64,000 bases of DNA, taken from contig DOZJ01000006.1 of assembly GCA_003518055.1 (NCBI GenBank), positions 201,631 through 265,630 of the forward strand, read 5' to 3'. This document shows, in pieces, positions 1 through 7,726 of the stretch. This DNA is from Candidatus Falkowbacteria bacterium. Its GTDB lineage: Bacteria > Patescibacteriota > Patescibacteriia > UBA11705. Position numbers and translations under genes: made by a program. The stretch's first letter is position 1, and each line of letters starts with the position of its first letter. The notes under the pieces were generated by a model. That model was not told the DNA's origin and did no database searches. It was given only the letters and a program-made list of their open reading frames with translations.

Positions 1-3
1 GTC

Positions 4-276
4 ATGAATAATATAGATGAAAAAATAAAAATATATATTGATTTTGATATCGCCGGACATGAGGGACGGTATGTTTTTAGTCTGGATGGGATTGGTGAGG
101 TGCCGTTTGAAATGTATCACAAATTGGGTGATCAGCTTGGATTCGGCTGGACGATTGAACATCGCGGTACCAGTTTGGAGATATTTAATGAGATGGAGGG
201 TTATCGGGATGATAATTTTATTTGTAATTGTATTAATAAAATAATCGGCGAAGAGTTTGTCTTTGAGGCTATTTAG
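4..276 (+). CDS. hypothetical protein
   Basis: 90-aa ORF followed by a hairpin/T-tract at ~301-330; no recognisable motif. Confidence 0.55.
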   Translation: MNNIDEKIKIYIDFDIAGHEGRYVFSLDGIGEVPFEMYHKLGDQLGFGWTIEHRGTSLEIFNEMEGYRDDNFICNCINKIIGEEFVFEAI

Positions 277-430
277 TGATAATTGATCGAGAAGAAAAAG
301 AAAAAGACCGATTGGGGTCTGTTTTTTTATTAGTTAATGATTTTGTAAAATTTAGGTTAATATTTTTTTACCCGGGTCGGCATGATATTTTTAGTTTAAT
401 TTATGACAAAATTGTTGGGGATAACTTTGG

Positions 431-497
431 TTGACCGGGTATGGTTAGCGGTATATAATGGGGTTGTAAGGTGTTACGTGGGGAAATGTGGGGAAAT
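431..497 (+). promoter_or_regulatory. sigma70 promoter of mraZ with putative MraZ-binding direct repeats
   Basis: TTGACC(431)-17 bp-TATAAT(454); GTGGGGAAAT x2 at 478-497 with 10-bp period, resembling GTGG/TGGG MraZ boxes. Confidence 0.7.
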
Positions 498-606
498 TGT
501 TTAACCAGGTGTTAAATGATTGCCCCGCTTTTAATACAGCAAGTTTGAAGATTTAAGAGAATGAGTAATTGAGAGAATTAAGTTTTAAACTTGTTGATAA
601 ATAATT

Positions 607-1038
607 ATGTTCATCGGCGAATACACACATTCAATTGATGAAAAAGGTCGTTTGGCGATTCCAGTAAAGTTTCGAGCCAAATTGCTAAAAGGGGCAGTTG
701 TCACACGCGGTTTAGACAACTGTTTGTTTTTGTATAGTAAGGATGAGTGGAGTAAGTTGGCGGAAAAGTTGGTTCAGCTGCCAATCAGCCAAGCTAATAC
801 ACGCGCGTTCTCACGTCTGATGCTCGCCGGAGCCATGGACGTGGATTTGGATAAACAGGGAAGGATCACCTTGCCTGATTATCTAAGAAAATTTGGTACA
901 TTAAAGAAAAAGGTCGTGGTCGCCGGATTGTATAATCGGTTGGAAATCTGGGATGAAAAAGCTTGGAGCGAATATAATCAGGTGACCCAAAAAGACGCTA
1001 ATAATATCGCCGAAAAACTCGGCGAGTTGGGAGTTTGA
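607..1038 (+). CDS. mraZ: division/cell wall cluster transcriptional repressor MraZ
   Basis: MFIGEYTHSIDEKGRLAIP and DKQGRI motifs; upstream of rsmH. Confidence 0.97.
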   Translation: MFIGEYTHSIDEKGRLAIPVKFRAKLLKGAVVTRGLDNCLFLYSKDEWSKLAEKLVQLPISQANTRAFSRLMLAGAMDVDLDKQGRITLPDYLRKFGTLKKKVVVAGLYNRLEIWDEKAWSEYNQVTQKDANNIAEKLGELGV

Positions 1039-1042
1039 GATT

Positions 1043-1972
1043 ATGACTATACATGATCCGGTTTTATTAAACGAAGTTATAGAAATCTTAAATCCTGAAG
1101 CCAATCAGGATTTTATTGACGGAACGCTCGGCGGCGGCGGGCACGCGGAAAAGATTGTTGAACGGATTTTGCCTTCAGGCCGGTTGTTGGGCTTTGATTG
1201 GGACGGTGGCGCGGTTTCAGCGGTTAAGGAGCGGCTGAATAATTATAAAAAAAATGTTGTTTTGATCAATGATAGCTACATTACAATAAAGAAACATGCT
1301 TATGAAAACGGATTTGATGCAGTTGACGGTATTCTCCTTGATTTGGGCTTATCACTGGATCAGCTCAAAACCTCTGGTCGAGGCTTTACCTTTGAGAAGG
1401 ACGAGCCGCTAGACATGAGATATTCCCTTGAAGGGGAAATGATGGCGGCGGATATTATCAACACATATTCACAGCGCGAGTTGGAGTCAATTTTTCGAGA
1501 ATATGGTGAGGAGAAGCAGGCGGGAGCAATCGCCAAAGCGATTATTCAACAGAGAGGAGAGACACGAATTACCAGAACCGGTGAGTTGGTTGAATTGGTG
1601 AAGGCGGTAAAAGGGGTAAATCCAAGATTGAGAACCAATCCGGCGACAAAGGTTTTTCAGGCTTTGCGAATTGAAGTTAACCGTGAGTTTGATAATGTGA
1701 GGTTTGTAATTAGTGAGGCGATAGATTTGTTGAAGTCTGGCGGCCGGTTAGCAATAATCACGTTTCATTCGCTCGAAGACGCAATCGTGAAAGATTGTTT
1801 CAAGGCCGAAAGCGCCGGCTGTGTTTGTCCCAAGGAACTGCCGGTATGTGTGTGTCATCACGAGGCCAGAGTCAAATTGGTGACCAAAAAACCAATGGTC
1901 CCGAGTGAAGCAGAATTGAACCGAAATAGACGATCCAGATCGGCAAAGCTGCGAGTGGTGGAAAAACTTTGA
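1043..1972 (+). CDS. rsmH: 16S rRNA m4C1402 methyltransferase RsmH (MraW)
   Basis: HDPVLL, DGTLGGGGHA, LDMR, FQALRIEVN, ITFHSLED, RSRSAKLR motifs. Confidence 0.97.
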   Translation: MTIHDPVLLNEVIEILNPEANQDFIDGTLGGGGHAEKIVERILPSGRLLGFDWDGGAVSAVKERLNNYKKNVVLINDSYITIKKHAYENGFDAVDGILLDLGLSLDQLKTSGRGFTFEKDEPLDMRYSLEGEMMAADIINTYSQRELESIFREYGEEKQAGAIAKAIIQQRGETRITRTGELVELVKAVKGVNPRLRTNPATKVFQALRIEVNREFDNVRFVISEAIDLLKSGGRLAIITFHSLEDAIVKDCFKAESAGCVCPKELPVCVCHHEARVKLVTKKPMVPSEAELNRNRRSRSAKLRVVEKL

Positions 1973-1995
1973 GTGGAAATTTTAAGGTGAAATAT

Positions 1996-2148
1996 ATGTC
2001 AGCGATAAAAATACAACGGCAGAAATGCGAAGTTTATACCAGGGTTGTCGGATATCTCAGTCCGGTGCACCGCTGGAATAGGGGTAAACAGCAGGAGTTC
2101 CGTGATCGGCGGATGTTTGATGCTAGGCAGATCGAAATTCGAGGGTGA
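1996..2148 (+). CDS. 50-aa stand-alone NrdD C-terminal-like (glycyl-radical) peptide, absent from the ORF track
   Basis: Hand translation MSAIKIQRQKCEVYTRVVGYLSPVHRWNRGKQQEFRDRRMFDARQIEIRG; RVVGY and WNxGKQxEFxDR match the class III RNR C-terminus. Confidence 0.85.
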   Translation: MSAIKIQRQKCEVYTRVVGYLSPVHRWNRGKQQEFRDRRMFDARQIEIRG

Positions 2149-2207
2149 AATATTAAAACGATTTTGATGAAAATACTTTTCGTTTAAATAAAAATAAAAA
2201 TAAAAAC

Positions 2208-2567
2208 ATGACCCGCTATTCAACCTCAATGAAGTCGAAAATGGCTAAGAATCAAAGCCGGAAGCAGATAAGTTTATTTAAATTATTCAAATCAAAATTG
2301 ATCGGAGCTTTGATTGTCGTGGTGGTTTTGGCTTCAGCCCTGCTATATCTTTTTGAAATAAACAATATGGCGGTAACCGGTTATCAAATAAGAGAGTTGG
2401 AAAAGCAAGTCGCGGCAGTGAAGGCGGAAAACGAACATCTTGAATTGAAAACGGTTGAGTTGCAGTCGATGAAACATTTGCGCGAACGCGTGGGTGAGTA
2501 TAATTTTGTGGAGGCAGCTCAGATCAATTATGTTTCATGGCATGATACGTCGTTTGTACAGCGGTAA
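2208..2567 (+). CDS. FtsL-like cell division protein (single TM helix + coiled coil)
   Basis: Basic N-terminus, one TM segment, heptad coiled coil; position after mraZ-rsmH. Confidence 0.65.
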   Translation: MTRYSTSMKSKMAKNQSRKQISLFKLFKSKLIGALIVVVVLASALLYLFEINNMAVTGYQIRELEKQVAAVKAENEHLELKTVELQSMKHLRERVGEYNFVEAAQINYVSWHDTSFVQR

Positions 2568-2687
2568 ATCGGGGTGAAATTCAAGGCTAAAGTTTACAGT
2601 GATTGCCGGTCGGTATTTGGCGGAAACACGATTCCCGCTAAAAGCTGACCGATAATGAAAGAAATTGTTTGTTCTTTCTATTTTACG

Positions 2688-2720
2688 AAAAGACCATGGC
2701 TCATTTGCCGTGGTTTTTTC
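2688..2720 (+). terminator. intrinsic terminator
   Basis: AAAAGACCATGGC-loop-GCCGTGGTTTTTTT. Confidence 0.7.
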
Positions 2721-2866
2721 GTTGTATAATGCGATTATTAATGTGAAAATTATAAACAGACCGAAAAATGGTTGGAACAAGGTTTTTTTTGTGCTATTAT
2801 GGCATTAGATTAGGTTGTTAACTTAACTAATTTCAGTTGGGTAATTAACCATAGACCATAAATAAA

Positions 2867-3904
2867 ATGTTTGGATTTTTCAAAACAAAAATTAAGGTGG
2901 CCATCGTAGCTCCGCCATTTGGTGATACAGGCGGTCCGGAAGTGGTGGCGCAAATTTTGGCTGAATCCTTGCTGGATTTGGGCGTTGAGGTGACTCTTTT
3001 TGCTCCCGCTGACTGGAAAACCAAAGCAGCGCATATTCCGACGTTGGACAAAAGTATTTGGAATATGATAAATCTCAAGGGGATGGATAGCGGAATTCTA
3101 AGAAATTTTGTGACGGCCAGTCAGGTAAAAATCATTGATTATCAAGATGATTTTGACATAATCCATTTGCATTCGCAGACATATGCCTACGCTATCGCCA
3201 AAAATCTGCGAAAACCATGTGTTTTGTCGCTGCACAACCGGTTTACCAGAGGATTTTTGAAGCAAATAAAACAAGCTGGAATATACCCGGTCGCCTTGTC
3301 GAGATCGCAAAGAGGTCAACAAAGAGTTTCGGCGGTGATTATGAACGGAGTGCCGACAGCGGATATCACATATTCAGTTGAGCGTGGGCAGTATTTGATT
3401 TTTGTTGGTCGTTTGACCGACCAGAAGGGGGTTGATACAGCAATTCAGATTGCGTTGAAAGCAAAAAAGAAATTGTTGATTTTTGGCCGGATTGGTAATT
3501 CGGAAAAGCGCCAAAGATTTTATCAGAAAAAAATTGCGCCATATTTGAATAAAAGGGTTATTTATAAGGGTGAGGTTGGGCATAATGAAATTTATGAATA
3601 TTTGCGCGGGGCGGAAGCATTGCTTTTCCCAATTAGACGACCTGAGGTGTGTCCGATGGTGATGGCGGAGGCGTGGGCGTGTGGTACGCCGGTTATTGGG
3701 AGCAAAGTTGATCCTTTGCCCGAGATGGTTAAAAATAAAAAAGTTGCTTTTTTGTCTGATAATTTTAATGATTTGGTAGCGGCGGTAAAGAATCTTGATC
3801 AATTTGACCGGCTGGAATGTCGAAACTACGCTGAAACTTATTTTGATAGCAAAGTAATGGCGGGGAGATATTTGGAGTTGTATAAAAAGATTTTGAAGAA
3901 ATAA
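2867..3904 (+). CDS. glycosyltransferase family 4 (GT-B)
   Basis: GGPEVV, FVGRLxxxKG, E-x7-E (EVCPMVMAE) and ACGTPVI motifs. Confidence 0.9.
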   Translation: MFGFFKTKIKVAIVAPPFGDTGGPEVVAQILAESLLDLGVEVTLFAPADWKTKAAHIPTLDKSIWNMINLKGMDSGILRNFVTASQVKIIDYQDDFDIIHLHSQTYAYAIAKNLRKPCVLSLHNRFTRGFLKQIKQAGIYPVALSRSQRGQQRVSAVIMNGVPTADITYSVERGQYLIFVGRLTDQKGVDTAIQIALKAKKKLLIFGRIGNSEKRQRFYQKKIAPYLNKRVIYKGEVGHNEIYEYLRGAEALLFPIRRPEVCPMVMAEAWACGTPVIGSKVDPLPEMVKNKKVAFLSDNFNDLVAAVKNLDQFDRLECRNYAETYFDSKVMAGRYLELYKKILKK

Positions 3905-3909
3905 TTAAT

Positions 3910-5076
3910 ATGTCTTATAGACGATTGAAACAATCAAAATCATCAAAGGCGCGGCGAGGTCAGCTGACAACGCGACGCGGAGTATTGGAAACGCCGTTTT
4001 TTATGCCGATCGCGACCAAAGCAGCGGTTAAAAGTTTGACTTATGAAGATTTGCAAGCGCTCGAGGCGCAAATTGTGCTCAGCAATACATATCATTTGAT
4101 GCTCAAGCCGGGAAATTCATTGATAAAAAAAGTTGGAGGATTGCATCACTTTATGAATTGGGATAAACCGATTTTAACCGATAGCGGCGGTTTTCAGGTG
4201 TTTTCATTATCCAAAATCAGAAAGATTACCGAAGAAGGGGTTGAATTTCGGTCACACATTGATGGCAGCAAACACTTTATAAAACCGGAAGATTCAATTC
4301 AGATTCAGTTGGATTTGGGGTCGGATATTGTCATGGCTTTTGATGAATGTGTGGAATTGCCGGCGAAAAAAGAATATCTGGAGAAATCCGTGGAGTTGAC
4401 AACGAGATGGGCGAAGCGGTGTCAAGAGTATTTCGTTTCAAATTTACGAAAGGTTACGAATAATACGAAAACAAGACAGCCATTATTGTTTGGGATTGTG
4501 CAGGGAGGGTTGGATAAGGGGTTGCGCAAAAAAAGTGCTCAGGATTTGGTGAGTATTGGTTTCGACGGTTATGCGATTGGAGGCTTGTCCGTGGGAGAGT
4601 CGGAAAAAGAAATGTATAAAGTGTTGGATTATATCACTGATGAATTACCGGAAGATAAGCCCAGATACCTCATGGGTGTTGGCCGACCGGAAAACATCAT
4701 AAACGCGGTTAAAAGAGGTGTGGATATGTTTGATTGCGTGATTCCGACCAGAGAGGCGAGGCATGGGCGGCTCTACCTGTGGCGTGATGGGTTACGAAAT
4801 TACAAAAGGTTGCGAAAGGTTACAAAAACTAAACAGCTAAATATTTTAAATAATCCGAAGAGTTGTTATAAAACAATCAACATCACGTCGGAAAAGTATT
4901 CAAAGAAGTTTGAGCCGATAAACGCGGAATCGAAATTTCCGGTGTTGAGGAATTATACCAAAGCGTATTTGAGGCACTTGTTTTCTGTTAACGAACCTTT
5001 GGCCATCAGATTGGCGACTTTGAACAATTTGGAGTTTTATTTGGGATTGATGGAGAAAATTAGGCGGGCGATATAA
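3910..5076 (+). CDS. tgt: tRNA-guanine transglycosylase
   Basis: NTYHL, TDSGGFQVFSL, GIVQGG, GGLSVGE, YLMGVG, DMFDCV motifs. Confidence 0.96.
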   Translation: MSYRRLKQSKSSKARRGQLTTRRGVLETPFFMPIATKAAVKSLTYEDLQALEAQIVLSNTYHLMLKPGNSLIKKVGGLHHFMNWDKPILTDSGGFQVFSLSKIRKITEEGVEFRSHIDGSKHFIKPEDSIQIQLDLGSDIVMAFDECVELPAKKEYLEKSVELTTRWAKRCQEYFVSNLRKVTNNTKTRQPLLFGIVQGGLDKGLRKKSAQDLVSIGFDGYAIGGLSVGESEKEMYKVLDYITDELPEDKPRYLMGVGRPENIINAVKRGVDMFDCVIPTREARHGRLYLWRDGLRNYKRLRKVTKTKQLNILNNPKSCYKTINITSEKYSKKFEPINAESKFPVLRNYTKAYLRHLFSVNEPLAIRLATLNNLEFYLGLMEKIRRAI

Positions 5077-5137
5077 GGGGTGTTTGGAGAACAACGATTT
5101 TTGCGATGAAGGCGAATTTTGAAACAGGGTGGAGGTT

Positions 5138-5313
5138 TCTTCGTTTGACAGTTGACGGAGGCTGTCACGCCTGCCTGCCGGCAGGCAGGGCGCTACTTCG
5201 TACGCCTCGCAGCAAGAAAGAGAGGATTTTTTGCGAGGAAGGTACGACGAAGCAAACTACGATTGGCTGCTAATGGAGGCTGCTGCGTCGGTACTGCGTA
5301 CTCCTCGCAGCAA
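5138..5313. repeat. REP-like palindromic repeats left of the GIY-YIG gene
   Basis: Units of GACAGCTAAYGGAGGCTGC..CGTCGTTACTGCGTACTCCTCGCAGCAA and the inverse TTGCGAGG..GTACGACGAAGCAAAC. Confidence 0.85.
5170..5189. repeat. 20-bp palindrome CCTGCCTGCCGGCAGGCAGG (copy 1), nested in a REP-like unit
   Basis: Perfect palindrome; an uninterrupted host unit is visible at 5772-5810. Confidence 0.9.
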
Positions 5314-5326
5314 CAAACGTTTATCT

Positions 5327-5647
5327 ATGGGAGGGTTTGTATATATAATAACAAATAAATATAACACAGCTTTGTATGTAGGATCGGCAACTGATCTGCT
5401 GTTTAGAATTCAACAGCATAAGAACAAGGCATATAAGAGTTCATTTTCGGCTAGATATAATATTTCAAAATTGGTTTATTTTGAATGTTTTAATAGCAGA
5501 TATGAGGCATATCAACGAGAATATCAAATAAAGTCAGGATCAAGGGCTAAAAAGATTGCGTTAATAATAAAAGCGAATCCAGATTTTGATGATCTTTATG
5601 ATGATATTGTTTTAAATGGGATTGAAAAAAGTATATATAATAAATAG
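5327..5647 (+). CDS. GIY-YIG nuclease family protein
   Basis: FVYIITN..LYVG..DL..RI.QH, LVYFE, RE.QIK; ATG 5327 preferred because the track start lies within repeats. Confidence 0.9.
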   Translation: MGGFVYIITNKYNTALYVGSATDLLFRIQQHKNKAYKSSFSARYNISKLVYFECFNSRYEAYQREYQIKSGSRAKKIALIIKANPDFDDLYDDIVLNGIEKSIYNK

Positions 5648-5685
5648 TGTAGCGTGAATTACGGAGCTGGTTGGAGACTGCTAAG

Positions 5686-5922
5686 ATTGACAGCTAATGG
5701 AGGCTGCTTCGTCGTAACTGGGTTGATGTGGAGTTCGAAACCGGGTGGAGCTGCTACATCTGTCAGCTAACGGAGGCTGCCACGGCGTTACTGCGTACGC
5801 CTCGCAGCAAAAGAAAGAGATGATATTTGCGAGGAGGTACGACGAAGCAAACTACGAACAAGCTGCCGTGTTTGCCTACTGATGGAGGCTGCTTCGTCGT
5901 TACTACGTACTCCTCGCAGCAA
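5686..5922. repeat. REP-like palindromic repeats right of the GIY-YIG gene
   Basis: Three or four further units of the same family (5686-5720, 5762-5810, 5827-5922). Confidence 0.85.
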
Positions 5923-5948
5923 TAAAAAGGGGTTATGTTCAAAATAAT

Positions 5949-6680
5949 ATGTCTGCAAGCGATGTTGTAAAAGAATTAAAAGCTTTAAAAGATCCGAAAA
6001 AAGCCAATAATTTGGCTTGGTTTTTTAAAACAGGGAAGGGTGAATACGGCGAAGGTGATAAGTTTCTGGGAATCGTGATGGGTGATTTGCGGCAAATAGC
6101 GAAAAAATATTGTGACTTGCCGTTAACTGAAGTTCAAAAATTGGTTGTTAATCCTTACCACGAAATAAGAATGGCCGCGTTGTTGGTTCTGGTTTATAAA
6201 GTTACGGATTTACAGAAATTACGAATATTACGAACACGAGAAATTGATTCTTTGAAACAAATTTACGATTTTTATTTGAAAAATACTAAATATATTAATA
6301 ATTGGGATTTGGTGGATGTGACAACGCCGCAAATCGTAGGGAATTATTTGGTCAATCGAGACCGGAAGATATTATACAAATTAGCCAAGTCAAAGAGCTT
6401 GTGGGAAAAAAGAATCGCTGTCTTGGCGACCTTTTCGTTTATTAAAAATAGGGATTTTCATGATGCCTTGAAAATAGCTGAAGTTTTACTTAATGATAAT
6501 CATGACTTGATTCATAAGGCGGTAGGATGGATGCTCCGGGAGGTGGGTAAACGAGATCCGGCGGAGGAAAGAGCTTTTCTTGATAAACATGGTTTAAATA
6601 TGCCGAGGACGATGTTGCGATATGCGATTGAAAAGTTTCCGGAGCCAATGAGACAGAAGTATTTGAAAAGAAAATCCTAA
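5949..6680 (+). CDS. DNA alkylation repair protein (AlkD-like)
   Basis: FFKTGKGEYGEGDKFLG, NNWDLVD, HDLIHKAVGWMLRE, MPRTMLRYAIE. Confidence 0.92.
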   Translation: MSASDVVKELKALKDPKKANNLAWFFKTGKGEYGEGDKFLGIVMGDLRQIAKKYCDLPLTEVQKLVVNPYHEIRMAALLVLVYKVTDLQKLRILRTREIDSLKQIYDFYLKNTKYINNWDLVDVTTPQIVGNYLVNRDRKILYKLAKSKSLWEKRIAVLATFSFIKNRDFHDALKIAEVLLNDNHDLIHKAVGWMLREVGKRDPAEERAFLDKHGLNMPRTMLRYAIEKFPEPMRQKYLKRKS

Positions 6681-6749
6681 TAACATAGGGATCAATCTAA
6701 ATGATACGAATTAAAAAAAATTGACGTTGATTAGCGTCTGATTTTTTTA

Positions 6750-7022
6750 TCACGGATTACTGTTTTTAGAAGTCTTGTCGCCAGTTAGTAGTTGAAATTT
6801 TTGGAATTTTTTGTAAAATACGATATAGGTGGAGACGTAGTTCAACGTGAGGGAGAGGCAAAACCACAGCAGCGGAGAAATATTAAAGGTCAAGAGATGA
6901 TTAACCAGCCAGAGATAAAATAGATTGACTGTAAGCCAGCAAATGGCGTATGGCCATGTGGATATATAATCGAACGTCAAGTGGAAAATTTGTTCATAAT
7001 AAGCGTTGGTTTTGGTGGTCAT
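6750..7022 (-). CDS. hypothetical membrane protein
   Basis: AAAGGAG SD before ATG 7022; own TTGACA promoter; two hydrophobic segments. Confidence 0.6.
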   Translation of the reverse strand: MTTKTNAYYEQIFHLTFDYISTWPYAICWLTVNLFYLWLVNHLLTFNISPLLWFCLSLTLNYVSTYIVFYKKFQKFQLLTGDKTSKNSNP

Positions 7023-7089
7023 GTTGATTCTCCTTTGGTGATGGTTCACGATATCATTTATTTATAATTTTGTCAATATTATTTGATTT

Positions 7090-7563
7090 ATGAAGATTAC
7101 TATTTGTTTGAGCATTTTATTCTATCCGGAGATGTTGGCGATAAAAGAAGCGCTTGAAAATTCTGGTCATGAAGTTTTGGTGCCGCCGAGCGAAGTGGCG
7201 GATGGCGAGGGAAAAATGATTCCGGTGGCTGAATATTACAAATTGCGGCACGCGGATGAAGTGGGTGAAGATTGGGTTTGGGAAAGAAAAAAAGAAGCCA
7301 TGAGATGGCATTTTGACAAGGTGGCGGCGGCGAACGCGGTGTTGATTTTGAATTTTGATAAACATGGCATAAAAAATTATATAGGCGCGAATACTTTACT
7401 TGAGATGGGGCTGGCGTTTCATTTGGGTAAACCGATATATTTGTGGAATCCGATACCGGAGGGAATGAGCTATTTGGAAGAAATTAAGGGGATGATGCCG
7501 GTGGTGATAAATAATGATTTAAGTAAAATAATCCTCCGCCAAAGGACGCCTGCCTGCCGGTAG
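7090..7563 (+). CDS. conserved hypothetical protein, nucleoside deoxyribosyltransferase-like fold
   Basis: KITICxS, HFDKV..A.AVLILN, NYIGANTLLEMGLAF; its stop codon lies inside a repeat. Confidence 0.6.
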   Translation: MKITICLSILFYPEMLAIKEALENSGHEVLVPPSEVADGEGKMIPVAEYYKLRHADEVGEDWVWERKKEAMRWHFDKVAAANAVLILNFDKHGIKNYIGANTLLEMGLAFHLGKPIYLWNPIPEGMSYLEEIKGMMPVVINNDLSKIILRQRTPACR

Positions 7564-7568
7564 GCAGG
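7549..7568. repeat. 20-bp palindrome CCTGCCTGCCGGTAGGCAGG (copy 2) inside a CCGCCAAAGG-type hairpin
   Basis: Read directly; supplies the TAG stop of 7090..7563. Confidence 0.9.
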
Positions 7569-7726
7569 GACGCGTCCTCCGGCGCGGAATAGAAAGCGGC
7601 AATCCGAATAATCCGAATGAGAAATTTGAGTTTTGCGTTAATCAGATAAAATTACACTAGTTGACAAAGAAGCATATATAAGGTAATTTAAGGGAAGTAG
7701 CAACCACAACCTCAGGGAGGTGGCCG

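Noticed and set aside
2562-2608. c-di-GMP-I riboswitch-like GGTAAATC..GAAA
   Set aside because: Lacks the GACGCAAAG junction and a proper P2; overlaps a stop codon rather than lying in a leader
5152-5358. Track ORFs 5152..5358, 8941..9219 and 15953..16768, and the N-terminal extension of 5231..5647
   Set aside because: Translations of repeat DNA or antisense to real genes; the shared CEEYAVTTRQPPLAVKR peptide is the repeat read backwards
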